Position numbers and translations under genes: made by a program
Notes under the pieces: model-generated
The model's input: only the letters and a program-made list of their open reading frames with translations
Databases searched by the model: none
Told to the model about the DNA's origin: nothing
In this document: positions 1 through 15,304 of the stretch, in pieces
Position numbering within the stretch: position 1 is the first letter of the stretch
How the letters are laid out: every line of letters begins with the position of its first letter
NCBI RefSeq assembly: GCF_009914755.1
Contig: NC_060925.1
Strand: one strand, 5' to 3'
DNA length: 64,000 nucleotides
DNA from: the human T2T-CHM13v2.0 reference genome, Homo sapiens

Positions 1-122
<122 letters not shown>

Positions 123-522
123 TTATATGACTATAAATAAATTTTACTGGCATATAGCTCTGCCTGTTTATGTGTTCTCTACAGCTCCTTAGTTTCTACA
201 GCAACAGCGTTGTTCAGAGCCTATATGGCCTACACATCCCAAAATATTTACTTTCTGGCCCTTTATAAAGACAGCTTAACCCCTAATCTAAAATATCAAT
301 AGATTAAAACGGTTTCAGGAGACTCCACGAACGGTGTCTACTTGAGTGGAATCATCTGCCTTTTTCTTTGTGGTGCGTTTTCTGGTTTTCTGCATAAGGA
401 AGAGGGGAAAGAGGAATAGTCAGTTTTTCTCTTTATATCTCCCTGTCTTAGAATTTGAGAGATTACTTAGTCTACTTTAGCAGGAGCTCAGTACTGTTTC
501 TTGTACCCCTTCTTCTGTCTAG

Positions 523-771
523 GTTACATGTTCTCTCGCATTGAGGAAGAGCATTTGTGGGAGTGCAAACAGCTGGGCGCTTACTCACCAATCGTCCTTT
601 TAAACACCCTCCTTTTCTTCAATACCAAATACTTCCAACTAAAGAATGTTACTGAGCACTTGAAGCTTTCCTTTGCCCATGTGATGAGACGGACCAGGAC
701 TCTGAAGTACAGTACCAAGATGACATATCTGAGGTTCTTCCCACCTTTACAGAAGCAGGAGTCAGAACCAG
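523..771 (+). CDS. ZMYM4: ZMYM4 third-last coding exon (DUF3504 domain)
   Basis: Acceptor ttcttctgtctAG at 521-522, donor G|GTACGG. Encodes [38 protein letters not shown]...QKQESEP, the ZMYM2/3/4 C-terminal signature. Confidence 0.95.
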
Positions 772-1590
772 GTACGGGATACTGTTTGTCAGATTTCTCT
801 TTGAAGTCTTAGTAGTAGTACTAAAATAGAGAGTTACTGCAGAAAGGTAATTATAAATGCTAGACGTGAAAGAGTGTACCTTTAACATTTGAATATTTTT
901 CTCTATTGTCAGAGAGTGGTCAAAGGCTGGCCTCAAAGTGAGAGGAATCACGTGCTTCAATATACTTTCATTGGCTTTTAAATTAGAAATTTTGATTTAA
1001 TTGGGCAGAGCTCAAATAGCCTGCATTTTAAAACTTCTCAGGAAATTAAAAAATACAAACAGGGTTGAGAATCACTAATTTACTAGCCCCAGATGAGTCA
1101 ATCACTAGTTAAACGAAACCTGCAGAACTTTTAGTCCATTGTTTCTAAATCTTTTTTTGACCAGAGCCCCTCTTTTTAGTTAACATTGTGAAATTCTGAA
1201 GGAACTTAAAAGCTGACCTACAATATACTGCTTTTGTACACAATAGAATAATAGCAGTGACAATTTTATTAGAAGGTTTATTGTCTTGCATTTCAAAAAC
1301 AGCCTATTAAATAAGTTTGTTTTTAATGTTCAGAAACTTAATCTTGGTATTATAGGATTAGAAATTAAATTTATTATTTTTTGAATAGAATCATAAGTCC
1401 TGAACTTCCCAAAATCAGTTTCTGAGAGTGAAATACATTTTTTGAATGTGAGAATTTAAATCACTGAAACTAAAATCTGTATTTGTGATGTTCAACTTTG
1501 TATAAACTTTTTTCTGAATTGTTCATTTACTAAGATTATCTTTTTCACCTAATGTCTGTGTCCTGTTTGCTTAGTTTTATATATATGTAA

Positions 1591-1993
<403 letters not shown>

Positions 1994-2146
1994 TGATTAG
2001 TAGTGAATTCAGCTTGCTTTCTAAGTGAGTAACTAGCAAAGTCTTTCTATTTAGCTAGCTGCTAAATGGAAAATGGGTGAGTTTTGTTAAAGTAATAATG
2101 CAGGAAGCTGGGGAAAGTCCTATACCGGTTGTTAAGAGCAGATATA

Positions 2147-3080
2147 GGCTGAGTGCAATGGCTCATGCTTGTAATCCCAATATTTTGGGAGGCTCATGCG
2201 GGAGGATTGCTTGACCCCAGGAGTTTGAGGCTGTAGTGAGCTGTGATGGAGTCACTGCACTCTAGCCTGGGCAACAGAGTGAGACCCTGTCTCCCAAAAA
2301 AAAAAAAAAAAGAAAGAAAACCTTTTTTCCTTAGGTCCATCTAGTGTTCTCTTGAGGAGTGAATGGAAAAAGTGGGAAAGAAATAGCCCACTTTCCGTAT
2401 CTTCACCCTGACTTCCTTATATAATGCTTGGCCTCTGCAAAATACTGTTGGGGAAAAATGGTTTGTTCTTTTCTTACCAAATAGTAACTCTGCTGATAAT
2501 TTCTCTTCCCAACAAAGATGCCATTTCTCACAATATTCGAACAAATAAACTTGAGCAGATGCCCAGTACTAGTGCCCCACAGTAGAAATATTCTCATAGA
2601 GATGACAGCTTCTGCTGAGTTCAGTGGCTTGTACCTGTAGTCCCAGCTACTCCAAAGGCTGTGGCAAGAGGATCACTTGAACCCAGGAGTTCAAGGCTGC
2701 GGAGATTCAAGGCTGCTGTGATCACACCATCATGCTCCAGGCTGGGCAACAGAGTGAGACCCTGTCTCTTAAAAGAGAGATGGCGACCGGGCACGGTGGT
2801 TCATGCCTGTAATCCCAGCACTTTGGGAGGCCGAGGTGGGCTGATCACCTGAGGTCAGGAGTTCGAGACCAGACTGGCCAACATGGTGAAAACCTGTCTC
2901 TACTAAAAATACAAAAAAATTAGCTGGGCATGGTGGCAGGCGCCTGTAATCCCAGCTACTTGGGAGGCTGAGGCAGGAGAATCCTTGAACCTGGGTGGAG
3001 GCTGCAGTGAGCGGAGATTTCGCCGTTGCACTCCGTCCTGGGCAAGAAGAGCAAAGTTCCGTCTCAAAAAAAAAAAAAGA
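2147..3080 (+). mobile_element. Cluster: two monomeric FRAM/FAM-like Alus (~2147-2320, ~2613-2775) and one AluS (~2784-3080)
   Basis: Alu consensus motifs and A-tails. Confidence 0.8.
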
Positions 3081-3499
3081 GATGGCAACTTCTGTCTTGA
3101 TCTCTACTGTAGGAGAAAAACATGTGGAACCCTTCTTTCTGCTTTATCTTGATATGTCTCAGGAACCCTGTGCCTAATGAAGTTTATTAATAAAGTCAGG
3201 CTCAGAATAGAGACGTTTTCCAGTGCCAGTGCCATACTTTTTGTCATGGTGCCCCCACTTTGGTGAGCAGGGGAGCATAAAATTCATGGGATAGGGACTT
3301 TGTTTAATGCCATAGAATCCAGCACTTAAAATAATGTCTGGCACCTTCATAGGCACTCAGTATTTGTTGAATGAGTGTGAGTGAGTGAAAGGGAGGAAAT
3401 GACAAAGTTCTGGCTGCGAAGCAAAGCTCATTGGTGTCTTGAGACTCAAAGAATAGACTTTTCTAATATAATCCTTTGATTATTATTTCCTGTCTCAAG

Positions 3500-3629
3500 A
3501 TAAACTGACTGTTGGCAAGAGGAAACGAAATGAAGATGATGAGGTTCCAGTGGGGGTGGAGATGGCAGAGAATACTGACAATCCACTAAGATGCCCAGTC
3601 CGACTTTATGAGTTTTACCTGTCAAAATG
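3500..3629 (+). CDS. ZMYM4: ZMYM4 penultimate coding exon
   Basis: AG at 3498-3499, donor TG|GTAATC. In frame: DKLTVGKRKRNEDDEVPVGVEMAENTDNPLRCPVRLYEFYLSKC (KRKR basic NLS-like stretch, CPV motif). Confidence 0.95.
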
Positions 3630-4373
3630 GTAATCTTTCTCTGAACTGAATGTAGTGCACTCAGAAGGCAGTTAACATATTTTGGATTTCAGATGCTTGA
3701 ACATCAGAAAAGTAGCTTGCCCGTGGCTTTAGACAAGGATTTACCATGAATTTTTTCCCCATTGTCATATCTATGTGGATTTTGAACCACAAAACAAATT
3801 ACCTTGTCTTCATAATTATTTTATGAAAATGTCTTCAAAAGCAAGAATCACTGCTATTGTTTGATCTTTACAACTGTTGTACAACCTTTATGTGATACCT
3901 AATCTGTAGTTATTTTGTTATTTGTATAGAAAAGAAATTTTGTTTTGCTAAAGCTATAATAGAAAAACAATTTTTAAGGAATTGAAATTTTCTAAGTAGT
4001 CCTTTTCTTAGAGGAACTTTATGATTTTAGAGTTGTAACACTTTTTTTTCTGAAAGAAATGTAATAGCTTCATTTGCCCTTTGATAATGTGTATTGAGTG
4101 CCCTTGGAGTTCATTCCAGGATATTGGGCACTTCCAATATGTGGTGCTTGGCCATAGTGTCACATGTGAGTTGACTTTTTTGTTGCTCTTAATAATGTTT
4201 GAAGTACTAAAGTTTATGATTTACACTTTGTCTTATATTAACTTTATACTCACTTCCAATCCATTGTGATTTCAGTTGATTCCTGGGAGGAAATATTCCT
4301 GTAAACTATTTATCTCTGTGGGTACCTTGCTTTCCCCATTGTGAGTCACAGTGGAGAAAGGTTGAGAGCCATA

Positions 4374-4450
4374 TTAGGTTGGTGCAAAAATAATTGCAGT
4401 TTTTGCCCTTACTTTTAATTACTTTTAATGGCAAAAACCTCAGTTTACTT
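4374..4450. mobile_element. MADE1 (Hsmar1 mariner MITE)
   Basis: TTAGGTTGGTGCAAAAATAATTGCAGTTTTTGCC...TAATGGCAAAAACC; palindromic, right TIR decayed. Confidence 0.85.
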
Positions 4451-4526
4451 AAGAATAGTACATATTTCCTATACTCTCTGATTTCTAATTTTCTTTTTTC
4501 TCTTTTTTTTTTTCCCCTGTGGATAG

Positions 4527-4734
4527 TTCTGAAAGTGTGAAGCAAAGGAATGATGTGTTTTACCTTCAACCTGAGCGCTCCTGTGTCCCGAATAGCCCCA
4601 TGTGGTACTCCACATTCCCGATAGACCCTGGAACCCTGGACACCATGTTAACACGTATTCTCATGGTGAGGGAGGTACATGAAGAACTTGCCAAAGCCAA
4701 ATCTGAAGACTCTGATGTTGAATTATCAGATTAA
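4527..4734 (+). CDS. ZMYM4: ZMYM4 last exon, coding part
   Basis: Long T/C tract plus AG at 4525-4526. Encodes SESVKQRNDVFYLQPERSCVPNSPMWYS...EDSDVELSD, stop TAA 4732-4734. Confidence 0.95.
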
Positions 4735-7000
4735 AACGGAAGTGAGGTTCTTATTTTCATACATATTGGTATGCACCAAACTGTGAATGCATCCAGCTGT
4801 TGGAAAATGATGTATAAGTCTAAGTCCTCTTGACTTGACCATAAGATCATGGAAAACAGATGACTTGTGAACCCCACAGTGTGGATGTGCAAATGAAAAT
4901 TGAAGGAAAGAATATGAACTGAGAAATGTTCTTTGGCAGTGATATAGTTCTTAGACATCTTCAGAATGACTAATTTCTCCGAGTGGTGCATAATCTTATT
5001 TTGTTTGGGAGTAACAAATCGTGGAATATTTTTAAGGAAAACTGTTGTATAAAACTTTACCATAGTAACCTTAGACCTTAGAGAGGTAGCTTTGGAGTGA
5101 AACTTTGGCTGCAATAGGCTACTTTGGCAAGCCCTCCGTAAAAGTCAGAGGAGAGATCAGTACAGAGCTAAGAGTGACATCAAATGAGGACTGTGGGACC
5201 CAGATTTGAAGACCCAATAAAAATACTCAACTTTTTAAAAAAGATAGTGAAGTGGTCTTGATTGATTTTGATTTTCACTGCCAAGCCAATCATGTGAAGG
5301 ACAGAAGCTTTTGCCATGGGCCCCTCACATCAGGGAAAATGACCTTCACTGCTGTTAACAGTAATGTGTCCCTTTCATTTTCTGGATCAAGCCTTCTCAG
5401 CGGTGGGTCTGGATGTGGGTAAACTAAGGTAAAGGGGATGATATTCCACAAACTAATTATGCACACAGAAAATCTGTGGAGCCTATCAGACCCCAAGTGT
5501 CTTGAAATGTTTGTAGAAACCCACTAAAATGCCCCTTCTCTGGGTGTGGGCCCTTATTGCAGCTGTCTCACAGCCTGAGCTGTGGTACAGAGAAATGGGG
5601 GTTCTCCTTTTATTTTCATTTTTTTTCCCCAATGGCAGCTTTTCTCCCGTTGTTTTACCTTCCTATTTCCCAAACAGTTCCTCTTATTTTGTCTTTTGCA
5701 CCAGTTTCTGGAGGCCCTTGTCATTTCAAAAAGGATAGTCTCTTTTCTTACTCTGGCAAACCTGTGAGTGATTCCACAAAGATACAGTATTACTTAGCTA
5801 TCTGAATTATGATAGAAAAGGTCCTAGTTAGGTTCCTATATAAAGCATTTGGAAGATGACCTTGTTGCCCTTGAAACTTGAAAATAGGGATTCTGGGGTG
5901 AGGATACAAAGACATTGTCTTGCATATCCATAAGCAGGTCTTAGAGCATTATTCCAAACTCTAGCTGTTTCAGTAGTTCTATGAGGATTGCAAGTCATAG
6001 GTGTGTGTGGCATATCAGTCCATCTCCCTCATCTCCATTCTCAGTTTCTTCCCCACAAAATTTGGAATCAAAGCTTTTATGACGTTTGCCAATTGCAGAA
6101 CTTCTTCAGCTAAGGTTAATTTGACGCTATGATAAAACTGAGAGATGTCAAAAAGCCTCTTAGAAATTTTAATCTTGAAAGACTTTTCAGGGTATCTCAT
6201 TTTTTAGGTGGGGGTGGCAGGTGTATTTCTTTTTTAACAAATAAAAGGCATTTAAGTAAAACTAAAATGAAAAAAGTAGGCCTTCTGACATTGTGTACTT
6301 GGTGGTTCTGTCCCTCTGCCTGTAACAAATCTCATTTTTGTTACCAAGAACTGTATGAAAGAAGTAAATCCACCCCGATTCTGTATGATTAATTCCATCT
6401 GTGTTTGTCATTTCTGACTGGAAAACTTCTTACTCCATACCTTGTTCGATATGGAGGACAAATAATTGGATTGTCTGATAAGTCTGCCAATAAACTATCC
6501 AGAAATAGCAAGTGTAATAGTCCCCACTATACGAATTTTATGGTTTGTATAAACACTAACATTTTCCCCTTCTGTAGTTGTATGAAAAAACAAATATTGT
6601 TAGCATAGTAGATAAATTGTTATGAAATACCAGAAAAAAAAATCTGTATCTTTTACTGAGAACACCCAATACCCAGATAAATGACTGTATCAGGATTTCA
6701 TTTGCATGTTAGTCCACAGAGTTGCCCAGAACCCTAAATTTATTCATAAGAGAAAATATTGATTAATTATTGGTCATTCCTCATAAGTGTAGCTGTTGAT
6801 GTGTGCGTCTGATTATTGCTTTTTTAATTTTATGAAAATTGTGTAAAATTACATTTTTTTTCCAGGGGAGAAAAAAACATCAAACAAAAACATCTAAATC
6901 ATCCTTTTTGTTCTTTTTCAGTTTTTAACCACTTTTAGGTTTTCCCCTTACAGAAACCACAGAAATATTCCCTTAGAATAAAATAGTATATTTGTATTTG
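4735..7000 (+). other. ZMYM4: ZMYM4 3'UTR
   Basis: AT-rich stretch with no recognisable repeats after the stop; AATAAA at 5216, 6240, 6489 and 6977. Confidence 0.8.
6977..6982 (+). terminator. Probable main ZMYM4 polyadenylation signal
   Basis: AATAAA with U-rich upstream and GU/U-rich downstream sequence (gggtgagttcttcttcttt). Confidence 0.7.
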
Positions 7001-7798
7001 ATGGGTGAGTTCTTCTTCTTTACGTCTTAAAAGAATTTGAAATCTCTTTTTCTGATTGACCTTATTGGTATGACCCAGCAATTAGTAAAATTACAAAGAA
7101 AGAGAGCAGTTTCCGAGAAAGAAATTTTTTTTATGTAGTCCAGTCAACATATTTTTTCATTGCAAGTTCTTTTATTTCCTTTTTTCCATCAAAAGACTTG
7201 TTCCCATTTTTAGCTAATTTACTGACTATATTCAAAGTCCCAACAGGTAGAAATATCAGAGATCATTTATACATATCATTTCAGGCAAACTTTTTTGAGA
7301 TTTACAAAGCCTACATCAGTTCAACTTTAATGAAATTGTAAGACTAGAATAAAGGATATGTTCATTCTTAAGTATAAATACATGTTTAAAACAGGAATGT
7401 AAGACTAAATAGCATTTTCCTTCGACTTCAGAGTTGTCTTGGTATTATGCAGCTGTACTTTCAAATTCCGTATCGACTTTCTACCTACCTGCCTTGTGGC
7501 AATCCTAAATTTATAAAACAGGTTTTCCCAAAAGATCTAATGTAAAATGAATTTCTATTAATGAATTCAGAATTTAATTTTCCAAAGAAGTCTCCTAGGG
7601 TATTGAGTTGAAGTTTTAGGAAAGAAGCAATCATACCCTGAACTCCTCTAGACTAGCACTTGTCTGTTACACTGTGCTATCATCATTGAAGAGAATAGTG
7701 ATTGAGAGGCAATGCTATGTAGTGGAGAGATCATAGGCGTCGAAGCCTAGTGTTTCTACTTACTGGTTGTATAACTTTAGGTAAATTACTTAACCTCA

Positions 7799-8140
<342 letters not shown>

Positions 8141-8457
8141 CTATAAAGTGGGTATAACTCCCTTATTAAGTTGTGCCTGGCACATGGTAGGCTTTCAAAT
8201 GTCAGATATTTTTTATTACATGCAAATTTCCTGGCCTGTACTAACACATTAAATAAATGTTAATTCCCACACTACAGTCTGAATTTTTACTAAGTATAGC
8301 ACTTTGGCTTCTGCAAAACATAATACTCTATTTATATAACCAATTCTACATATTTGAATCAAACAAAATTACAAATTCTTCACTTGTGCTTATGTGCATA
8401 TCAATAGTAATCAACATCACAAGAATCCATTGATATTTTCACTATATTGAAAAATGG

Positions 8458-9455
<998 letters not shown>

Positions 9456-9559
9456 TAAATTTATTTTTTAATTGGGAGAAAAACCTTAAATCTATGAAAC
9501 TTCTTTTACTTGGTAGGTTATATATGTCATCAGTTTAGGAACAAGACAACGGTACAACA

Positions 9560-10006
9560 GCAATCTCCCCACGCTTCACTTCATTAACAGAACTGCTCCT
9601 TCCCCAAAAGTTTTAGCTAGGCAGTGGCTCCCTTGGTAAAAAAGTGTATTTTCCAGGCTAACTTGTAGTTAGGAGTGACCATGGGACGAAGTTTTGACCA
9701 ATGGCATGGAAGCAGATGTGAGTTTACATCTCCCAGGCTACACTCCTAAAAGGAAAATGCATGCTCCTCTCTTGTCTTCCCTTTTTCCTCTGATCTGGAG
9801 CATGAACGTGGTCATGGCAAACCAGTTTTGTCCATGTGGGAAAGGGCAGCATACCAGAAGTACATTAACCTCATGGACAGAGCCACCTGTCTCTCCTGGT
9901 CTGCCTACTAGCTCAGACCTTCACATAAGAGAGGAACTTTCATCTTATTTAAAGCCTTTTTTTTTCCTCTTCATTAAAGTAGCCAAACCAGTATCCTAAC
10001 GAATAC
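9560..10006 (+). mobile_element. Old MaLR solo LTR (MLT1-type)
   Basis: tttccaggctaacttgtagttaggagtgaccatg...gaccaatggcatggaagcaga motif and a 3' end cctaacgaataca; the start is approximate. Confidence 0.55.
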
Positions 10007-10104
10007 ACCGGTAATGCCCACTGTCACATTACCACTAAACGGAACTGGAACTTCTCATCACAACAAAAAAGGTTATCAATATTGCAAGGTGAGAAAACAC
10101 ATTT

Positions 10105-10425
<321 letters not shown>

Positions 10426-10446
10426 AACAAACTCTTAAATAAGTTT

Positions 10447-10745
10447 GGCCGGCCACGGTGGCTCACACCTGTAATCCCAGCACATTGGGAGACCGAGGCA
10501 GGCGGATCACGAGGTCAAGAGTTTGAGACCAGCCTGACCAACATGGTGAAACTCCATCTTAACTAAAAATACAAAAATTAGCTGGGCGTGGTGGCAGGCG
10601 CCTGTAGTCCCAGCTACTCGGGGAGGCTGAGGCAGGAGAATGGTGTGAACCCAGGAGGTGGAGCTTGCAGTGAGGCGAGATTGTGCCACTGCACTCCAGC
10701 CTGGGAGACAGAGCGAGACTCTGTCTCAAAGAAAAAAAAAAACAA
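10447..10745 (+). mobile_element. AluS/Y
   Basis: Full sense Alu, head-to-head with the previous copy. Confidence 0.9.
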
Positions 10746-10768
10746 AACTATTAGCTAGCCAACCTAAT

Positions 10769-10771
<3 letters not shown>

Positions 10772-10806
<35 letters not shown>
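10772..10806. repeat. (GT)n microsatellite, ~17 units
   Basis: Direct reading. Confidence 0.95.
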
Positions 10807-10808
<2 letters not shown>

Positions 10809-10849
10809 CACACAAATGAAATCTTAAATTTTATTTATCTCTTGATTCT

Positions 10850-12200
10850 GGTGTTTTGTTTTGTCCCCTAAGGGGAGGTCTTTGCCATTTTTATTTACTT
10901 AATGCCCATTGGTCTACTCAAGTTTTTAATGTCTTGCCAATTTGCATTTTAACTTCCTCATTTTCATCTATATGTTCAGGTTTATAACATATAGTTCATA
11001 ATTATTTCCTTTTTAAATTTTGTATTGTGTTTGCATCTTCTCATTTTCCCGGTCATTCTTAACCTTTTCAAAGAACCAGCATTTGGCTGAGTCTTATTTC
11101 ATGTATTTCTAATTTTATTAATACTTTCCTTCTCTTTTCTTGTTTTTTTTTTCCAGTTGTTCATTCTTTAAATGATTGAATGATTGCTTCATTCATTGTT
11201 AATCTTTCTTGTTTCCTGAAAATGATTTAAAATCTACAACTTTTTCCTCTCAGTACTGCTTTAGGTGTGTTTCCCGATTCAGGCACAATGATGCGGTCAT
11301 CAGCCTAAAAGTGTTTCCCATTTCCCTTTTTAACCCAAGTGTTTGTCCACCCTCCCTTGCCTGCTAGCAGCCTTGTCAGTTTTCAGGCTGTGTTTGAGGG
11401 ATACTAATACTCCTCCTATTTACATTGTTTGTTTCATTGTTCTTTCTTATCTGTGTATCCCACCTTTTTTCCTTTTTGCATTGAATTGTTTTATCAGATA
11501 CTGTAAATATTGCTCCCCCAGTTTCTCTTGGTTAATATTTGCCTGTTTTTCCCCCATCTTTTTTGTCCTATAATTGTTAGATTGTTTAAAAATGTTTATA
11601 TTGAGAGTCTTTGTTATTTTTTATTCATTTATATATGTCATTATAGACTCTTAGGTTCCTATCTTATTCAGTAGGTTGTATTCTGATGCTCATTTATTTT
11701 GATACTCAAATTGTCATATATTTGACCAACGGAAGCCCCTTCTAGCTGGCTTTTATGTCCTTCTGACATGTTCCTGTCCGTTTTTCAGCATTTCTTAAGA
11801 TATTCCAGGATTTTGTGGTACTCTTTTGGAATCAGTCATCTCTCTATAGAGCCATAAGACCTTAGCACTTGGCGTGCTCACTGCTACTAAGGTAAAATTG
11901 CTTCTATGCCCTCTCAGTGGGTAGAGCAACCAATCAATAACCACATATTCATATAACTATACACATCTATATCCATGTGTGTGTGTGTATGTAGTTTGTT
12001 TCTTTAAACCTGTGAGTTGATTCCAGTTTTTCCAATTTCAGTTCAACACCTCAGGATTCTTTGCAGCCTTCTCTCCCTTTCCACATTCATAATCCTTTCT
12101 CAAAAAGTGTGAAACCTGGCTCCCATTATCCTCAGTATATGTACTTATTTTCTCAATGAGGAACTTGTTTGCACAGTGTAATTAACCTCCCAACCATTCC
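10850..12200 (-). mobile_element. Decayed old L1M fragments
   Basis: T-rich tract with L1MC/ME-like 3' motif ttgatactcaaattgtc...ggaagccccttctagctggct; boundaries approximate. Confidence 0.45.
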
Positions 12201-12565
12201 AGCCACCCACTGCCCCTCTTACCCTGCTGCTAGGTGGTGGCTGCCTTACCAGGAGACCCCCTCACCACGTGCACATGTGTCCATGGTTTGAGGAGGCCTT
12301 CACCTCCTCAGAGGCCACTGTCTCCATGCAGGGAGGGCAGTGGAGACTGGAAGGAAGAGGCCAGAGTCTGGTGTTAAGTTCATATGTAAACACCTTAAAC
12401 TTAATTACGGCTAATAGAACTTATTTCTGCTGTTTAGTTTTGTGGGTTTTTTTTTTTTTTCACAATTTCTGTTTACTGAACTTTTCGGTTTATCCCCTTG
12501 CTTCCCACTGAGTAACAAATTTTCTTCTACTTGTTTAAGAAAGTAATACTTTCTACTTTTATTGA

Positions 12566-12866
<301 letters not shown>

Positions 12867-12949
12867 AAAATGCAAAGCTAGTCAAGCGTGGTTGTGGGGG
12901 GAGACAATGGTAAATCAGCTTAACAATAACCCACAACACTCAGACCAAC
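12867..12949 (-). pseudogene. RNY5P1: Y5 RNA (RNY5) retro-pseudogene, probably RNY5P1
   Basis: Minus strand reads GTTGGTCTGAGTGTTGTGGGTTATTGTTAAGCTGATTTACCATTGTCTCCCCCCACAACCACGCTTGACTAGCTTTGCATTTT. This matches recalled hY5 with ~4 substitutions plus a variant 3' tail. The symbol is from memory. Confidence 0.9.
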
Positions 12950-13293
12950 ATATTACTCTTAATACTAATCATGTTTGTTTACCCCTGTTGGTTTCTTTAA
13001 CTTACCATCTAAATCTTCTCCTAGTAAGACTTTGTTAGACTTTTATGTTCCTTTGGTCTTGCCCACTCTTACTTACTATGTAAATTATTTTATTATATAC
13101 TTACAGGTTTTTTTTCCTTTTTGTTAGTCCTGTTTCAGACTACAAACTTTGCCAGCGTATTTGCTCACCATCACTTCCCATCTCTCTTCCCATGTCTAGA
13201 TTAATTTTTCTATATTTGACCACTTCTTGCAAGAATATGTTCTAAATGGGCCCTTTTGTGAAAAAGTTACTGAAGCCTTGTGTCCCTGAGAAT

Positions 13294-13594
13294 TTTTTTT
13301 TTTTGAGACAAGGTGTTGCTCTGTCACCTAGGCTGGAGCTCAGTGGCATAATCATGGCTCACTGCAGCCTCTATAACTCCTGGGCTCAAGCAGTCCTCCT
13401 GCCTCAGCCTCTGGAGTAGCTGGGACTACAGGCGTGTGCTACCATGTGGAGTTAATTTTCAAAATGTTTATTTTGTAGAGATGGGGTCTCGCTATATTGA
13501 CCAGGTTGGTTTCGAACTCCTGGCCTCAAGCAATCCTCTTGCCTCGGCCTCCCAAAGTGCTGTGATTACAGGCGTCACACACCTTGCCCGGCCG
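13294..13594 (-). mobile_element. AluJ
   Basis: ctcctgggctcaagcagtcctcc J-type diagnostics. Confidence 0.85.
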
Positions 13595-14128
13595 CCTGAG
13601 AATATTTTTTTATTACACTCAAGTTAGTGAGTTTGTCTTACTATACATTTTGGGGTCAAAGTTCTCTCCTTTAGCACTTCCTTTCTTTTTTCATCTGATA
13701 CTGTTAAAAAGCCTGATGTCCATCTGATTTGATCTGTTATTTCTCTGAGAGCTTTCAGAATTTCTGCTTTTCTTATTGGTCTTAAATGTCTTTCACTACA
13801 ATGTTTCTGTTTGTACAGTTTTCTTACTAATTATTCTATGAGTCCTTTGATCTTTCTTTAATTCTGGGAAATGTATTCTCATTATTTTTCCAAATATTTT
13901 CTCCATTTTTTTTTCTCTTTCCTTCTGCGACTCCCATTATTCAGATTTGGCACTTCTGCTCTGTCCCTGGACTGCTCTGTATGTGTGTGGGGGGGTGTTC
14001 CCACGTTTTTATTTTCCTGCTTTGTTTTGGCAGAGGCCCTCAGTATGATGCCCCACCTCATGGATTTGTTGTGAGATATATCTGTCCTATCCCATTTGTT
14101 AATTTTTTCACCCTTAATATTTCTATCT

Positions 14129-14495
<367 letters not shown>

Positions 14496-14919
14496 TCAGT
14501 TTGCTGTCTTTGTGGGCAGGGGCTTGGGCTCCTCAGGTGGCATCTGGTTATTTTGGCCTGTGAGCTCATGTTCCTTCACAGCACCAGCTTCTCTGTAGTA
14601 TTTGTTGGTGAAAGGCCAAAGCCAGGCTCTACCCTGTCCCTCCCAGTGAGTTGAAGAAGGGAAGTTCATGACCTCCAGGTCCCTCACAGTTGCTGTTGAC
14701 CACTCCACCAGGAGTGTTCCAAGATTCACCTTCAGACCTGTAGGAAGCAGCACTGCGAGGAGGCACAATTTCCAGTCATCCTCTGCCAGCTCTTGAGGCT
14801 TTGGAGGGAACAAGGGCTTGGAATTTCAAACCTAAGAGCAGCTGCCCAGCCCACCCCTCTTTCTCCTCAGCAGAGCTTTGGGCTGCCCTGATAGTGTCCC
14901 ACTGACATCAGTGACTTGA

Positions 14920-15304
<385 letters not shown>

